Assembly (NCBI GenBank): GCA_964590575.1
Contig: CAZPWM010000030.1
Location: 1 to 25,972 of the forward strand
DNA from: an uncultured archaeon
Lineage (GTDB): Archaea > Asgardarchaeota > Thorarchaeia > Thorarchaeales > Thorarchaeaceae
DNA length: 25,972 bases
Direction of reading: 5' to 3'
Shown here: piece after piece, positions 17,473 to 25,972 of the stretch
Layout: each line of letters opens with the position of its first letter
How positions within the stretch are numbered: position 1 is the stretch's first letter
The notes under the pieces: model-generated
Database searches by the model: none
What the model was told of the DNA's origin: nothing
The model's input: only the letters and a program-made list of their open reading frames with translations
Translations under genes and position numbers: made by a program

Positions 17473-18861
17473 ATGCTAGTTGAAATGGAAAAAGCCATTG
17501 ACAAGTTTTCTGACAGAGATGTTTCATTTGCAGATATTCGACTCGAAGATCGAAGTGGCTCAAACTTATTTGTGACAAATGGTACACTCCGTTATTTTAA
17601 CAGGTCATCTACAGCTGGAGCAGTAGCTCGAGCATTGGTTGGGGAATGTTGGGGTACAGCATCATCTTCAATGCCGCTTTCAGAGAAAGGATATCTCAAT
17701 CTTCTCGAGAAAGCCACCAAAATGGCAAAGGTTTGCTCCAAGTATTCTAGAAAGAAAATTGATCTTTCTGGATTTAAGGGGATTGAGAAGATAATCTGGC
17801 AAAAGGTCAAAGAAAATCCGAGTGATGTTCCAACCGAAGAAAAGATAGAGCTTATCATGAATCTTGATAAAGCTCAACAAATCGATGAGAAGATTGTGAA
17901 CTCAAACTCAAGGTACAGTGATTCAAGGAGAATCTACCGATTGGTCAATACTGCTGGGTCAAAACTAGAATGGGATGAGTCACGAATTCGAGTTATGGTT
18001 CAAACTGCAGCAAGGGAAGGGAGTAATGTTCAATTCGATTATAATATTGCGGATGGCTCTGCTGGTTTTGAATTGGCTAGGAGTGTTGATCCTGAAGAAT
18101 TTGGTTCCATAACTGCAAAGGGAGCTATAGAACTTCTTTCAGCTGAGAAACCCCCTTCAGGGAAACTCACATCAGTCATTGATGGGAACATTGCAGGCCT
18201 CATAGCTCATGAGGTCTGTGGTCATGCAAGTGAAGCAGATGAAGTAGTCAAAGGTCGTTCATTTTTATCGGGACTAGTGGGAAAAACAATTGGTACTGAC
18301 CTAGTTTCCATGGTCGATGATGGGACACTTAAGGGTCCATCGGGAGGTTTTCCATTTGACTCGGAGGGAACTCCTTCATCACGAAATCCAATCATTGAAA
18401 ATGGCGTTTTCAAAGGATACTTACATACCCTTGAAACTGCTTTTCTAATGGGTGTTAAACCTACAGGTAATGGTAGAGCACAGGACTATAACCGTAGAAT
18501 AGCCGCCCGGATGACTAACACCTTCTTTGATGTTGGTGATTGGAAAGATGAAGAGATTCTAGCGGATACGAAAAATGGATTATATATTATCAAAGGCACA
18601 TCAGGCATGGAAGATGTTGTGGGTGGCGGAGTTCAGGCCACGGCTCTGAAGGGTTACATCATTAAGAATGGAGAAAAGACCCAGCTTGTTAGACGCCTGT
18701 CAATTGCTGGTAATGTCCTTGAGATGTTGAAAACTGTAGATGCAGTTGGAAACAAACTCAGGTTTAATGGGGGGAATTGTGGAAAAGGTGAGGAGGACTT
18801 TATACCTGTATCATCTGGTGGTCCACATATGCGTGTTGAGCTTATGGTGGGAGGTGGATAA
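17473..18861 (+). CDS. tldD: TldD family metalloprotease subunit
   Basis: HEVCGH (HExxGH), DDGT, FDSEGT, TGNGR, RMTNT, CGK. Confidence 0.92.
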   Translation: MLVEMEKAIDKFSDRDVSFADIRLEDRSGSNLFVTNGTLRYFNRSSTAGAVARALVGECWGTASSSMPLSEKGYLNLLEKATKMAKVCSKYSRKKIDLSGFKGIEKIIWQKVKENPSDVPTEEKIELIMNLDKAQQIDEKIVNSNSRYSDSRRIYRLVNTAGSKLEWDESRIRVMVQTAAREGSNVQFDYNIADGSAGFELARSVDPEEFGSITAKGAIELLSAEKPPSGKLTSVIDGNIAGLIAHEVCGHASEADEVVKGRSFLSGLVGKTIGTDLVSMVDDGTLKGPSGGFPFDSEGTPSSRNPIIENGVFKGYLHTLETAFLMGVKPTGNGRAQDYNRRIAARMTNTFFDVGDWKDEEILADTKNGLYIIKGTSGMEDVVGGGVQATALKGYIIKNGEKTQLVRRLSIAGNVLEMLKTVDAVGNKLRFNGGNCGKGEEDFIPVSSGGPHMRVELMVGGG

Positions 18862-18862
18862 G

Positions 18863-20248
18863 ATGGACCTGTCAACAACCAATGGAAAAATCCTGCAATT
18901 GGCTGAGAAAGGTGGCGCAACTCAGGCAGAGGTCTTCGCAATAACAGCGAAAACAAATGGTGTCTATATAGACGACGACATTGCAAAAATAGGGACCTTT
19001 CAGACTGAATTGGGTTTCGGTCTCAAATTTATAATGGACAAGAAGATTGGTTACACAAGTTCAACACTTACTTTCGAATCAATTGATGACTTTGTTTCTC
19101 GTGCTATCACGATGGCAAGAGTGAGTGATGCAAATCCAAAATTTGAATCATTGCCATCCCCCAAGAAGGTGTCTGGTAATCCTGAGCGATTCTATGATAA
19201 AACAACAGCAGAAGCAGACAGTGATTATCTTACTGAGAAGGCAATGCAAGTAGTTGAGAACGCTGCAGCTGAAAATGTTACTGTTCCCAATGGTACTCTC
19301 CGCGCCAGTTCAGTAGATTTCAATGTGATGAATTCACTTGGAGTACGTGCTGGTTCAAAATCGACAATGGTCTATGGTTATTTCACGGCAAAATCAGAGG
19401 TTTCTGGATCTGTTGGAGAGGGTGTTCAGAGATGCTGGTCACGTGATATCACTAGTATTGAGTTTGAGAAGATTGGTGAGAAGCTGAAAGAGCAAGCTTT
19501 GAACGTCTTGCATGCCAAACCGTTCACGGAAAAATGGGAGAATATTGTGGCTGTTATTACTCCTAGTGAGGGAGCACAATTAATTGATACTCTAATTGGT
19601 TCTGCTGCTTCAGGAGAGAATGTCAACAGGAGATCGAGCCCCTGGACCGACAAAGTTGGAGATGTAGTAGCTCATGAGGGTTTGACAATCTCTGACAATG
19701 GCTTGTCTGAGGCTGGGTTGCTCAGTGCACTTGTTGACGATGAGGGGCTGCCAATGCAAAAGACCCCCGTAATTGAGAAGGGTGTATTAAAATCATATCT
19801 CAATGACAGCTATAACGCAGCTCAGTTGGGTGTAGAATCAACAAGCAATGGTATGCGACGTGGTGCTCGAGAAATCAATGGTGCATTTGTATCTCCAGTA
19901 ACTTGCAGAACAACAACACTCGAAGTCCTACCTTCCTCAAGGTCTGTGGATGAAATAATTGGTGAGATTGACAAAGGTGTGTTCATTGAACATTTCGCTT
20001 GGCCGCAAGTAGATCCAACCTCCGGTTCATTCTCTAATGAGATACGAAATGCTCAGCTCATACTGAATGGAGAATTATCTGGTCAAATCAAACACGCACT
20101 ACTTGTGGGTAATCTCTTCGAATCTCTCAAGGGTGACTTGTACGTCGCCAACAATCTGGAGGTCCAAGGAATCTCTGATATCGGAGCCAACGGAAGTGCA
20201 ATAATACCTACGATTGCGTTTCCTGGCACAGAGCTTGTAGGTCAATAG
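18863..20248 (+). CDS. pmbA: TldE/PmbA family protein
   Basis: Starts 1 nt after the tldD stop behind GGAGGT; AEVF, DDEG, IEKGVLKSYL, SGSFS; lacks HExxH. Confidence 0.88.
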   Translation: MDLSTTNGKILQLAEKGGATQAEVFAITAKTNGVYIDDDIAKIGTFQTELGFGLKFIMDKKIGYTSSTLTFESIDDFVSRAITMARVSDANPKFESLPSPKKVSGNPERFYDKTTAEADSDYLTEKAMQVVENAAAENVTVPNGTLRASSVDFNVMNSLGVRAGSKSTMVYGYFTAKSEVSGSVGEGVQRCWSRDITSIEFEKIGEKLKEQALNVLHAKPFTEKWENIVAVITPSEGAQLIDTLIGSAASGENVNRRSSPWTDKVGDVVAHEGLTISDNGLSEAGLLSALVDDEGLPMQKTPVIEKGVLKSYLNDSYNAAQLGVESTSNGMRRGAREINGAFVSPVTCRTTTLEVLPSSRSVDEIIGEIDKGVFIEHFAWPQVDPTSGSFSNEIRNAQLILNGELSGQIKHALLVGNLFESLKGDLYVANNLEVQGISDIGANGSAIIPTIAFPGTELVGQ

Positions 20249-20311
20249 ATACAAACACAGCTGCTGGTGACACAATCCCCACCAATCGCCTTCATTTCAT
20301 AGACCGTTAGT

Positions 20312-20956
20312 CTATTGTGGTGGATATGCCCTTTGACCTGACTCGATGACCCTCAGGCTTAGTAAGAGAATCTCTTCTCCTTTTGAATTAAGCATCTTCT
20401 TCATTGGTCCGTATGCACTTGGAATATTCTTCTTCAAGTACTGAAGAAACGCCTCCTTTGATTCAGTGAGTGCCTTGTGCATTCTTTCAATGTGATTGAT
20501 GAGTGTAGGTTCCCAAGGCTTCCTGCTTGTTTTTGTTTTTGGCATAACTTGCTCAAGAGTTCGAATTATATCGTCCGCGAGTTTCTTAGATTCATGTACG
20601 CGGTGTTCCTTTGACACATCACGTTTCTTTTTCTTTTTTGAAACAGCTTGAACGTTTGTTATGAATTCTTTGACCTCTTCTGGAGTCATGGTTTGTTCAT
20701 CAATCTCAGACTCGATCACTAGCCGTTTCCATGCTCGCTTTCCTTGAAAATCAACTGGAGAAACGAAACCTTTAGCTTCCATTTTCATGAGGTACTTCCT
20801 GAACATATCCTCGGTTATTAATGACAGGGGCCCGGACATGATAAGAAACTTCTGAAACAGAGCAGCTTCAAATTCTATTACTGCCCATCCAAAAGACCTC
20901 ACTATACCTGTTTCTATGTCTCTCTCAAATTCTTCGGAGTCATATGCGCGCGACAT
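20312..20956 (-). CDS. Hypothetical protein, possible N-terminal winged helix
   Basis: 214-aa ORF with purine-rich SD; FRKYLMKMEAKGFV...RAWKR resembles a wHTH recognition helix and wing; KKKKKR tract. Confidence 0.7.
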   Translation of the reverse strand: MSRAYDSEEFERDIETGIVRSFGWAVIEFEAALFQKFLIMSGPLSLITEDMFRKYLMKMEAKGFVSPVDFQGKRAWKRLVIESEIDEQTMTPEEVKEFITNVQAVSKKKKKRDVSKEHRVHESKKLADDIIRTLEQVMPKTKTSRKPWEPTLINHIERMHKALTESKEAFLQYLKKNIPSAYGPMKKMLNSKGEEILLLSLRVIESGQRAYPPQ

Positions 20957-21096
20957 CCTGCAATCCCCTTCTCTCTTGATAATCGTTAAATTATACTGTT
21001 AGAGAACTTATGAACATAAGCCTATCCGATTTTTAGAGAGCCTTATTCCGAAATCGAACAGCTTCTTTTTTTTTCTCACTGAATTTGACAGAATTG

Positions 21097-21131
21097 AAAA
21101 ATGGAGGAGGCGGTCTGACTATCGCCAGACC
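21097..21131 (-). terminator. Hairpin plus pyrimidine tract after the surface-protein cluster
   Basis: Minus strand GGTCTGGC-GATA-GTCAGACC then GCCTCCTCCATTTTT. Confidence 0.6.
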
Positions 21132-21144
21132 AACACTCACTAGA

Positions 21145-23040
21145 TTATCTTCGTTTCAATACCATGACGATTGCAATGACAAGAATCACCACGCCTATTC
21201 CTCCAACGATAATAAGCATCGTTGTCGCGTTGATGGGTGGTCCACCTCCGCCGCCCCATGATATTGTGTAGTACGCTCGTACCGCGGTATTACCTTCGTT
21301 ATCTGTTGCACTAACTTTGACAGAGATTGTTTCATCTGTAAGACCACTGATAACAACCTCAAAGACATCAGCACTATCGAGGGTCATATCGAATGATTCC
21401 AGTCCAGAGTTTCCTTCATATTGTAGACTTACTGATGATACACCTCCAGGATCCGTTACCGTTGCTCTGAACGACACAGACTCACCATTTTCAGGTGAAC
21501 CTGGTGAGATGATTATATTGCTAATTCTTGGTCCAACCTCATCCACATCTGGAACTGAACCAGTATCCCGATTTGATATCCAATCAAGGAAGTTCTCAAG
21601 AAATATGATGTTATCAAAAGTGGCTGTCTTGCCATAATCAAAGTCACTGAAGAACGTCGTACCTGCGGTGAGTAGCCTTAGGTTTCCAATCTCTTCAACA
21701 GCAGCTAGCGGAATCTGATCGCCATATTCGAGATCAAGGGTGTCATCATAGATGACCGTAGGTGCTGGGGGTAGTTGATCTGTCTGATAGGCTTTGACAT
21801 CAGCAAATATCACCGGCAGGACTGGGCCATCATCGGTGAAATAAAGGCTTGATGGAGAGTAGAACGTTATGCTATCTACAGATTCTGTGAGGCCTAAAGT
21901 ATCTCCAGGAGCTGGAATTTCAGTCAGGTCATCGTACCAAGGCTGGTACGTGCCATTCATGTATACGTTATCATGATTAACGCGAATGTGAGAACCCACT
22001 GCCTCAAGAATCTGGTTAGGTCTAGCCAGATTGACATATTCTGAGAAATCTCCTCTGCTAGTTAGAAGAATGGACTTGTTACCCGATGAGGCCCATGTTG
22101 CAATTGCGGTGAGTTCATCTGTTGTATATGCATTATAGGCGCAAGTTGCTATGAAAAGGTCAACATCGGTCAGTGCACCTGACGTGATAGCACTCTCTTG
22201 GATTACCATCTGATATCCTGCTCTGGCAAGGGTCTGATTGAGTGAGATCAACTTCGACTCGCCGCTATAGTCGATGTAATCATTGGTATGTGCATAATCG
22301 ACGAGGGCTGTGTAGATGTACTCAACTGAAACATCCGGTGCGTTTAGGCCAATCGTTGCAGTATAGAACATACTTAGGGTGCTATTGAGTGCCATTGAAA
22401 GACAGTCTTCAGTGAACGCCTTGATGGTGGCATTAGTTTCTAAGGCCACCGAATTCTCATCCACATACGCATCTAGAATGTAGTCGAGAAACTGGTGTGA
22501 GAACACTGCATGTTGGATGACCCTTTCAGTGATATTTGTAATCTCAAACTCTCCTGGTGTATCAAGAACCAGAATTTCAAGATTGTCATTGATGTCTCCT
22601 TCATATGCTGAATGACCAGGATAGTCAGCACTTGCATCGGTATGAACTGGAATAGCGGGGTCTACCATATAGTGCGATGCTACACCCAATGCAAAGAACC
22701 CGTCTTCCCAATTCTCTGCTGTGAAGTTTGCCCTAGCAAAATCATACCATCTTTGAGCAGCCCAAGGAGCATCCATTTCACCTGTTTCAGGATAGTAGAG
22801 GTGATTATGCCAATCTTGCCAGGCTTGGTCTGGAGTTGTAGAACCTGCTAGTATCTCCGGTGAGTAATATTGGAATACTGCCGCCCAGCTACTATTCGAA
22901 ATGCTATTCGAACTTTCTGTTACGAGAAATTGGTGGGTTACTAATCCCCAGGCCGAAACAGACTTAGCCATTGGAAAGACCACAACTACTGAAACTAGTG
23001 GCACCAAAAGAAGTGCCATGATAAGCCATTGCTTCCTCAT
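21145..23040 (-). CDS. Membrane-anchored Zn-dependent phospholipase C / S1-P1-fold protein with GIFT/DUF4350-like and Ig-like domains
   Basis: Signal peptide ending VSA|WGLVTH (mature N-terminal Trp); TPD, HNHLY, HYMVD..PVH, HSAYE; ALVDYAH domain; C-terminal TM plus KRR. Confidence 0.82.
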   Translation of the reverse strand: MRKQWLIMALLLVPLVSVVVVFPMAKSVSAWGLVTHQFLVTESSNSISNSSWAAVFQYYSPEILAGSTTPDQAWQDWHNHLYYPETGEMDAPWAAQRWYDFARANFTAENWEDGFFALGVASHYMVDPAIPVHTDASADYPGHSAYEGDINDNLEILVLDTPGEFEITNITERVIQHAVFSHQFLDYILDAYVDENSVALETNATIKAFTEDCLSMALNSTLSMFYTATIGLNAPDVSVEYIYTALVDYAHTNDYIDYSGESKLISLNQTLARAGYQMVIQESAITSGALTDVDLFIATCAYNAYTTDELTAIATWASSGNKSILLTSRGDFSEYVNLARPNQILEAVGSHIRVNHDNVYMNGTYQPWYDDLTEIPAPGDTLGLTESVDSITFYSPSSLYFTDDGPVLPVIFADVKAYQTDQLPPAPTVIYDDTLDLEYGDQIPLAAVEEIGNLRLLTAGTTFFSDFDYGKTATFDNIIFLENFLDWISNRDTGSVPDVDEVGPRISNIIISPGSPENGESVSFRATVTDPGGVSSVSLQYEGNSGLESFDMTLDSADVFEVVISGLTDETISVKVSATDNEGNTAVRAYYTISWGGGGGPPINATTMLIIVGGIGVVILVIAIVMVLKRR

Positions 23041-23097
23041 AACCCTCTGTGAAGAAGCATTTGGCTATTAAGTAGTGTGTCTATTGTCTTTCGTTGA

Positions 23098-25590
23098 TTA
23101 TACTCCTTGTTTCTTCTTCGAGAAAATCACGACTATTATTACCACTACTGCAACGCCTCCCGCAATACCAAGCAAGAGGACGGGATCTATCTCAAATGGC
23201 GGTCCAGTGGTCGACGTCGTATCAGTTGGAGGCTCTAAGGGGTCTGTCAGAACCGTGTATTGAGCTTCAGGAGTCACCACCACTCCACCAAACATATCGT
23301 AGACCACGAAGTATAATGAGATTACCGTGTTCTTAGGATATGGTCCAATAGTGCCTTCGATGGTGACGGTTTTAATCCCAAGTGATATGTTTTGCCAACC
23401 TGATCCATCATCATAAAAACCAATGGCAGAGGTTAAGTATCGAGAGTCCCCTCTTGCGATTGCAGTAATCCCTGTAACATTTGTACCAGTATAACCTACT
23501 TCACTCACAAATCGAGCGCCAGTATTTATCAAACCCCCAACACCATAGATGAGAGGCGAAAGGTTAGAAGTAGTGTTGAACTCCTTGAGATTGAATACCA
23601 TGGCTGTGTACCCCTCCAGTGAAGTTGTGAAATTAGCCTCCAGGAGAGTATATCCATTGGAAGGTACAACAGCAATCATGCCTGTATGGCTCGTAGTTAT
23701 TGCTCGTGTAAAATACCGTGACATGTTGAATTGAACTGTGTCGCTATTGACGTTTGTCATATTCAAGGTCAGATTATACATTGTGTTGCTTTCCACGAAT
23801 CGAGGATCTGGACTAATCACGTCAATTGCAATATCTAAAGCCTCAGATGTGGATGCATTTCTAGCGGCATAGATTGCCTTGTGCGGACTTCCAGCTGAAT
23901 ATGCGATCTCTGCATCCTCAAGATATAGTTCTGCAAGAGTGGTTCCATTCACATCAACCGAATTCACAATAGCTTCAGCGTTTGCGATTTCTGTTTCAGC
24001 TTCTCCCATTAGCTCAAAATATCTGTTTAACCAGACCTGCTGACCATATACTATGTTTGAAGCTTTATCCACAATGACAAGTCGTTTATTTAATATCGCA
24101 TCTACAACATCGACATCAGCCAATCTTCCATTGGGTCCGGATGGATGATTTACAAATATAATGTTTACAATTGTGCCAACATACTCGAAAGAGTGTCCAT
24201 CACTTGCTCCATAGAAAGGCTTTGTATATCCCTCATCCAACAGACCATGATAGAATCCTGTATTAATTACCTCTATTGCATCGTATCCATAGGACTCCCA
24301 CAACTCGTATGTTGCCATGTACCCGTTTGATGTTGTTGGATGACAAAGAGCGATCATGGCTCCTTGTGCATGAGCGCCTGCAACCATGCCTTCTTGCGTG
24401 TCTGTGTAAATGTTCTCATTCAATGGAAATGCTGTTGAATGGTGGCCTCGAGATAGTTCTGCTCCCACAAATATCTCAATATCGATATCGTTAGCCTCTG
24501 CAATGGCCTTCATTGCCAAGGCTCCTGTAATACCTCCAAAACCATTAGGATTGGGTGCTTCATAACTATGATCTGTCATAACCATGTAATCAAGCCCTCT
24601 TGAAACACCTGCCCAGAGCATATTTGCAGGACTGTCTGCACCATCACTATGTGTTGTGTGATCATGAATGATTCCATTGTAAGATCTATAATTCTCCAAT
24701 TCAGCTGGTGACAGGTCAGGACCACTTCCCACTGGAATCGCTGCTACTGCAGGGACTACAACCTTTCTTGGTGAGATTCCAACTAACCAATCAGCAATAT
24801 TCAGTGAGAACTGAAACAAATCATCCTTCTCAATTTGCCATTGGGTCTTGACACGATACATTATGAATGGAGCAAGAGCTCCTACACATACAACTTTCCC
24901 CGAACCCGCTTCAGACACAGCAACTACAGGGTCGTCTTTGTAAGTGATAACAACGGTTGCCGGGCTTTCAACGGTAAGAGTTGTTCCAGAGAATTTGTAA
25001 TCTAGATTGGAATGAATCGAACTGACATCCTGTGTAATATGATGTGTTTCCATTTCATCAGTAATAGCAATCCATTTTTCACTTGTACTGAAGGTCACAC
25101 CGTAGGTTTGTGAGATTGCATTAAGGTTGATTGAGGAATACTGCCAAGTAGGATTATTTTCAGTTCCGATAAGTAGAAGGCCGCCTCCAGCCTGTACGAA
25201 ATTATGTACCGCAGTTACTTCTGCTGAGGTGAGTGCGATCATAGGAAAGGCAAGAACTAAAATATCTACACCAGAAAGCATTCCCGAATCGAGCTGCTGG
25301 TCGAAGTTCATATCTGTTTCATAACCATGTTCTTCCAGAATCCAAGCAAAAAGGGACGCGTTTCCAGGTACAAATGTTGCACTTCCAAGTGCGCAATGTG
25401 CCTCATCAAAGAGTACCTTATGCCCCATCTGGCTAACTTCTATGGTTTTCACAGGTTTTTCGTTTTTTTCCAATGCAACTGGTCCAGTCGAAAATAATGC
25501 TGGTACAGTGAATAGCAGAATGAATAAGGATACAATTAGGAGCTTAGGTTGAGTCTTCAAGTTCACAGACCTCTTGTTCTTCTTTTGCAA
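23098..25590 (-). CDS. Membrane-anchored surface protein: GIFT/DUF4350-like domain plus PHP (CehA/McbA-like) metallohydrolase
   Basis: Signal peptide; KVLFDEAH...FVQAGGGLLLIG...GKVVCVG...NIADWL; HDHTTHSDG, TDH, GAE, CHP, SDGH; many NxS/T sequons; C-terminal TM plus KKK; GGAGG before TTG. Confidence 0.82.
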   Translation of the reverse strand: MQKKNKRSVNLKTQPKLLIVSLFILLFTVPALFSTGPVALEKNEKPVKTIEVSQMGHKVLFDEAHCALGSATFVPGNASLFAWILEEHGYETDMNFDQQLDSGMLSGVDILVLAFPMIALTSAEVTAVHNFVQAGGGLLLIGTENNPTWQYSSINLNAISQTYGVTFSTSEKWIAITDEMETHHITQDVSSIHSNLDYKFSGTTLTVESPATVVITYKDDPVVAVSEAGSGKVVCVGALAPFIMYRVKTQWQIEKDDLFQFSLNIADWLVGISPRKVVVPAVAAIPVGSGPDLSPAELENYRSYNGIIHDHTTHSDGADSPANMLWAGVSRGLDYMVMTDHSYEAPNPNGFGGITGALAMKAIAEANDIDIEIFVGAELSRGHHSTAFPLNENIYTDTQEGMVAGAHAQGAMIALCHPTTSNGYMATYELWESYGYDAIEVINTGFYHGLLDEGYTKPFYGASDGHSFEYVGTIVNIIFVNHPSGPNGRLADVDVVDAILNKRLVIVDKASNIVYGQQVWLNRYFELMGEAETEIANAEAIVNSVDVNGTTLAELYLEDAEIAYSAGSPHKAIYAARNASTSEALDIAIDVISPDPRFVESNTMYNLTLNMTNVNSDTVQFNMSRYFTRAITTSHTGMIAVVPSNGYTLLEANFTTSLEGYTAMVFNLKEFNTTSNLSPLIYGVGGLINTGARFVSEVGYTGTNVTGITAIARGDSRYLTSAIGFYDDGSGWQNISLGIKTVTIEGTIGPYPKNTVISLYFVVYDMFGGVVVTPEAQYTVLTDPLEPPTDTTSTTGPPFEIDPVLLLGIAGGVAVVVIIVVIFSKKKQGV

Positions 25591-25670
25591 ACAATCCTCC
25601 TGTAATTAAATCTGTCCTAAAACATAGTTATGTTTCAGAGTAAAACCTACTGTCTACTCATGAAGATTGG

Positions 25671-25708
25671 AAAAAAAGAAAGAGTGAGAGGTAGATTGCT
25701 CTACCTCT
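25671..25708 (-). terminator. GNRA-capped hairpin plus T-tract
   Basis: Minus strand AGAGGTAGA-GCAA-TCTACCTCT then CACTCTTTCTTTTTTT. Confidence 0.7.
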
Positions 25709-25721
25709 TAGAGAATGGTAT

Positions 25722-25972
25722 CTACCTTCTCTTTGCTATAACTACGATGATGATTACTACGACCACCACTCCCGCAATCGCCATCAACAAAATAGGATCG
25801 ATTACGAACGGAGGTGGTCCTGGTGCATATGGGTTCATGGCATAATCTATGCCCCAATCGATTGTCTGCACGACTAGCAAGTTGCCAGTTAATGGAACAT
25901 CATAGTACTCTGTTGTAAACATAGGCTGGTAGTCACCATAGGGTGAGGCACCAGATACCACGATCACACCAT
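25722..25972 (-). CDS. C-terminal part of a third membrane-anchored surface protein (5' end outside window)
   Basis: Frame open to the window edge; GVIVVSG...NLLVVQTIDW resembles the end of the same domain; tail GPPPFVIDP plus TM plus KRR. Confidence 0.75.
   Translation of the reverse strand, partial: GVIVVSGASPYGDYQPMFTTEYYDVPLTGNLLVVQTIDWGIDYAMNPYAPGPPPFVIDPILLMAIAGVVVVVIIIVVIAKRR

Noticed and set aside
18740-18862. Long tldD/pmbA overlap in the ORF track
   Set aside because: The real start is ATG 18863 behind GGAGGT.
13579-20248. RiPP or phenazine cluster (radical SAM + methyltransferase + PhzF + TldD/E)
   Set aside because: The radical SAM is Tes-type, no precursor peptide, YcaO or other phz genes are present, and the genes are in separate transcription units.
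1-25972. Short antisense or alternate-frame ORFs; stop-codon recoding; CRISPR or IS elements
   Set aside because: The short ORFs shadow well-supported genes; the recognised proteins appear full length, so no readthrough or frameshift is needed; no repeat-spacer array or transposase was seen.

Overview
Chromosomal, non-mobile window from an archaeon, most likely Asgard (Thorarchaeia-like). That assignment is inferred from the stand-alone EF-2 paralogue, MglA-type GTPase, tetraether synthase, A1-U72 tRNA-Gln and C-terminally anchored surface proteins. It holds about 19 CDS and one tRNA: an MBL hydrolase (partial), class V aminotransferase, MglA-like GTPase, creatininase-family enzyme, tRNA-Gln(CUG), two SAM methyltransferases, aEF-2p, M20 hydrolase, a type 2 IleRS with GIHH instead of HIGH, a CxxC hypothetical, a MazG-like pyrophosphohydrolase, radical SAM Tes, PhzF, TldD/TldE, a possible wHTH hypothetical, and three tandem membrane-anchored surface proteins sharing a GIFT/DUF4350-like domain. 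No transposon, integrase or CRISPR array was seen. The most novel-looking signals are non-coding: a pseudoknot/switch-like leader before aEF-2p, a uORF plus large hairpin before ileS, and two orphan structured RNA candidates with anti-Shine-Dalgarno (CCCUCC) tracts. All RNA structures were paired by eye and need folding and covariation tests.
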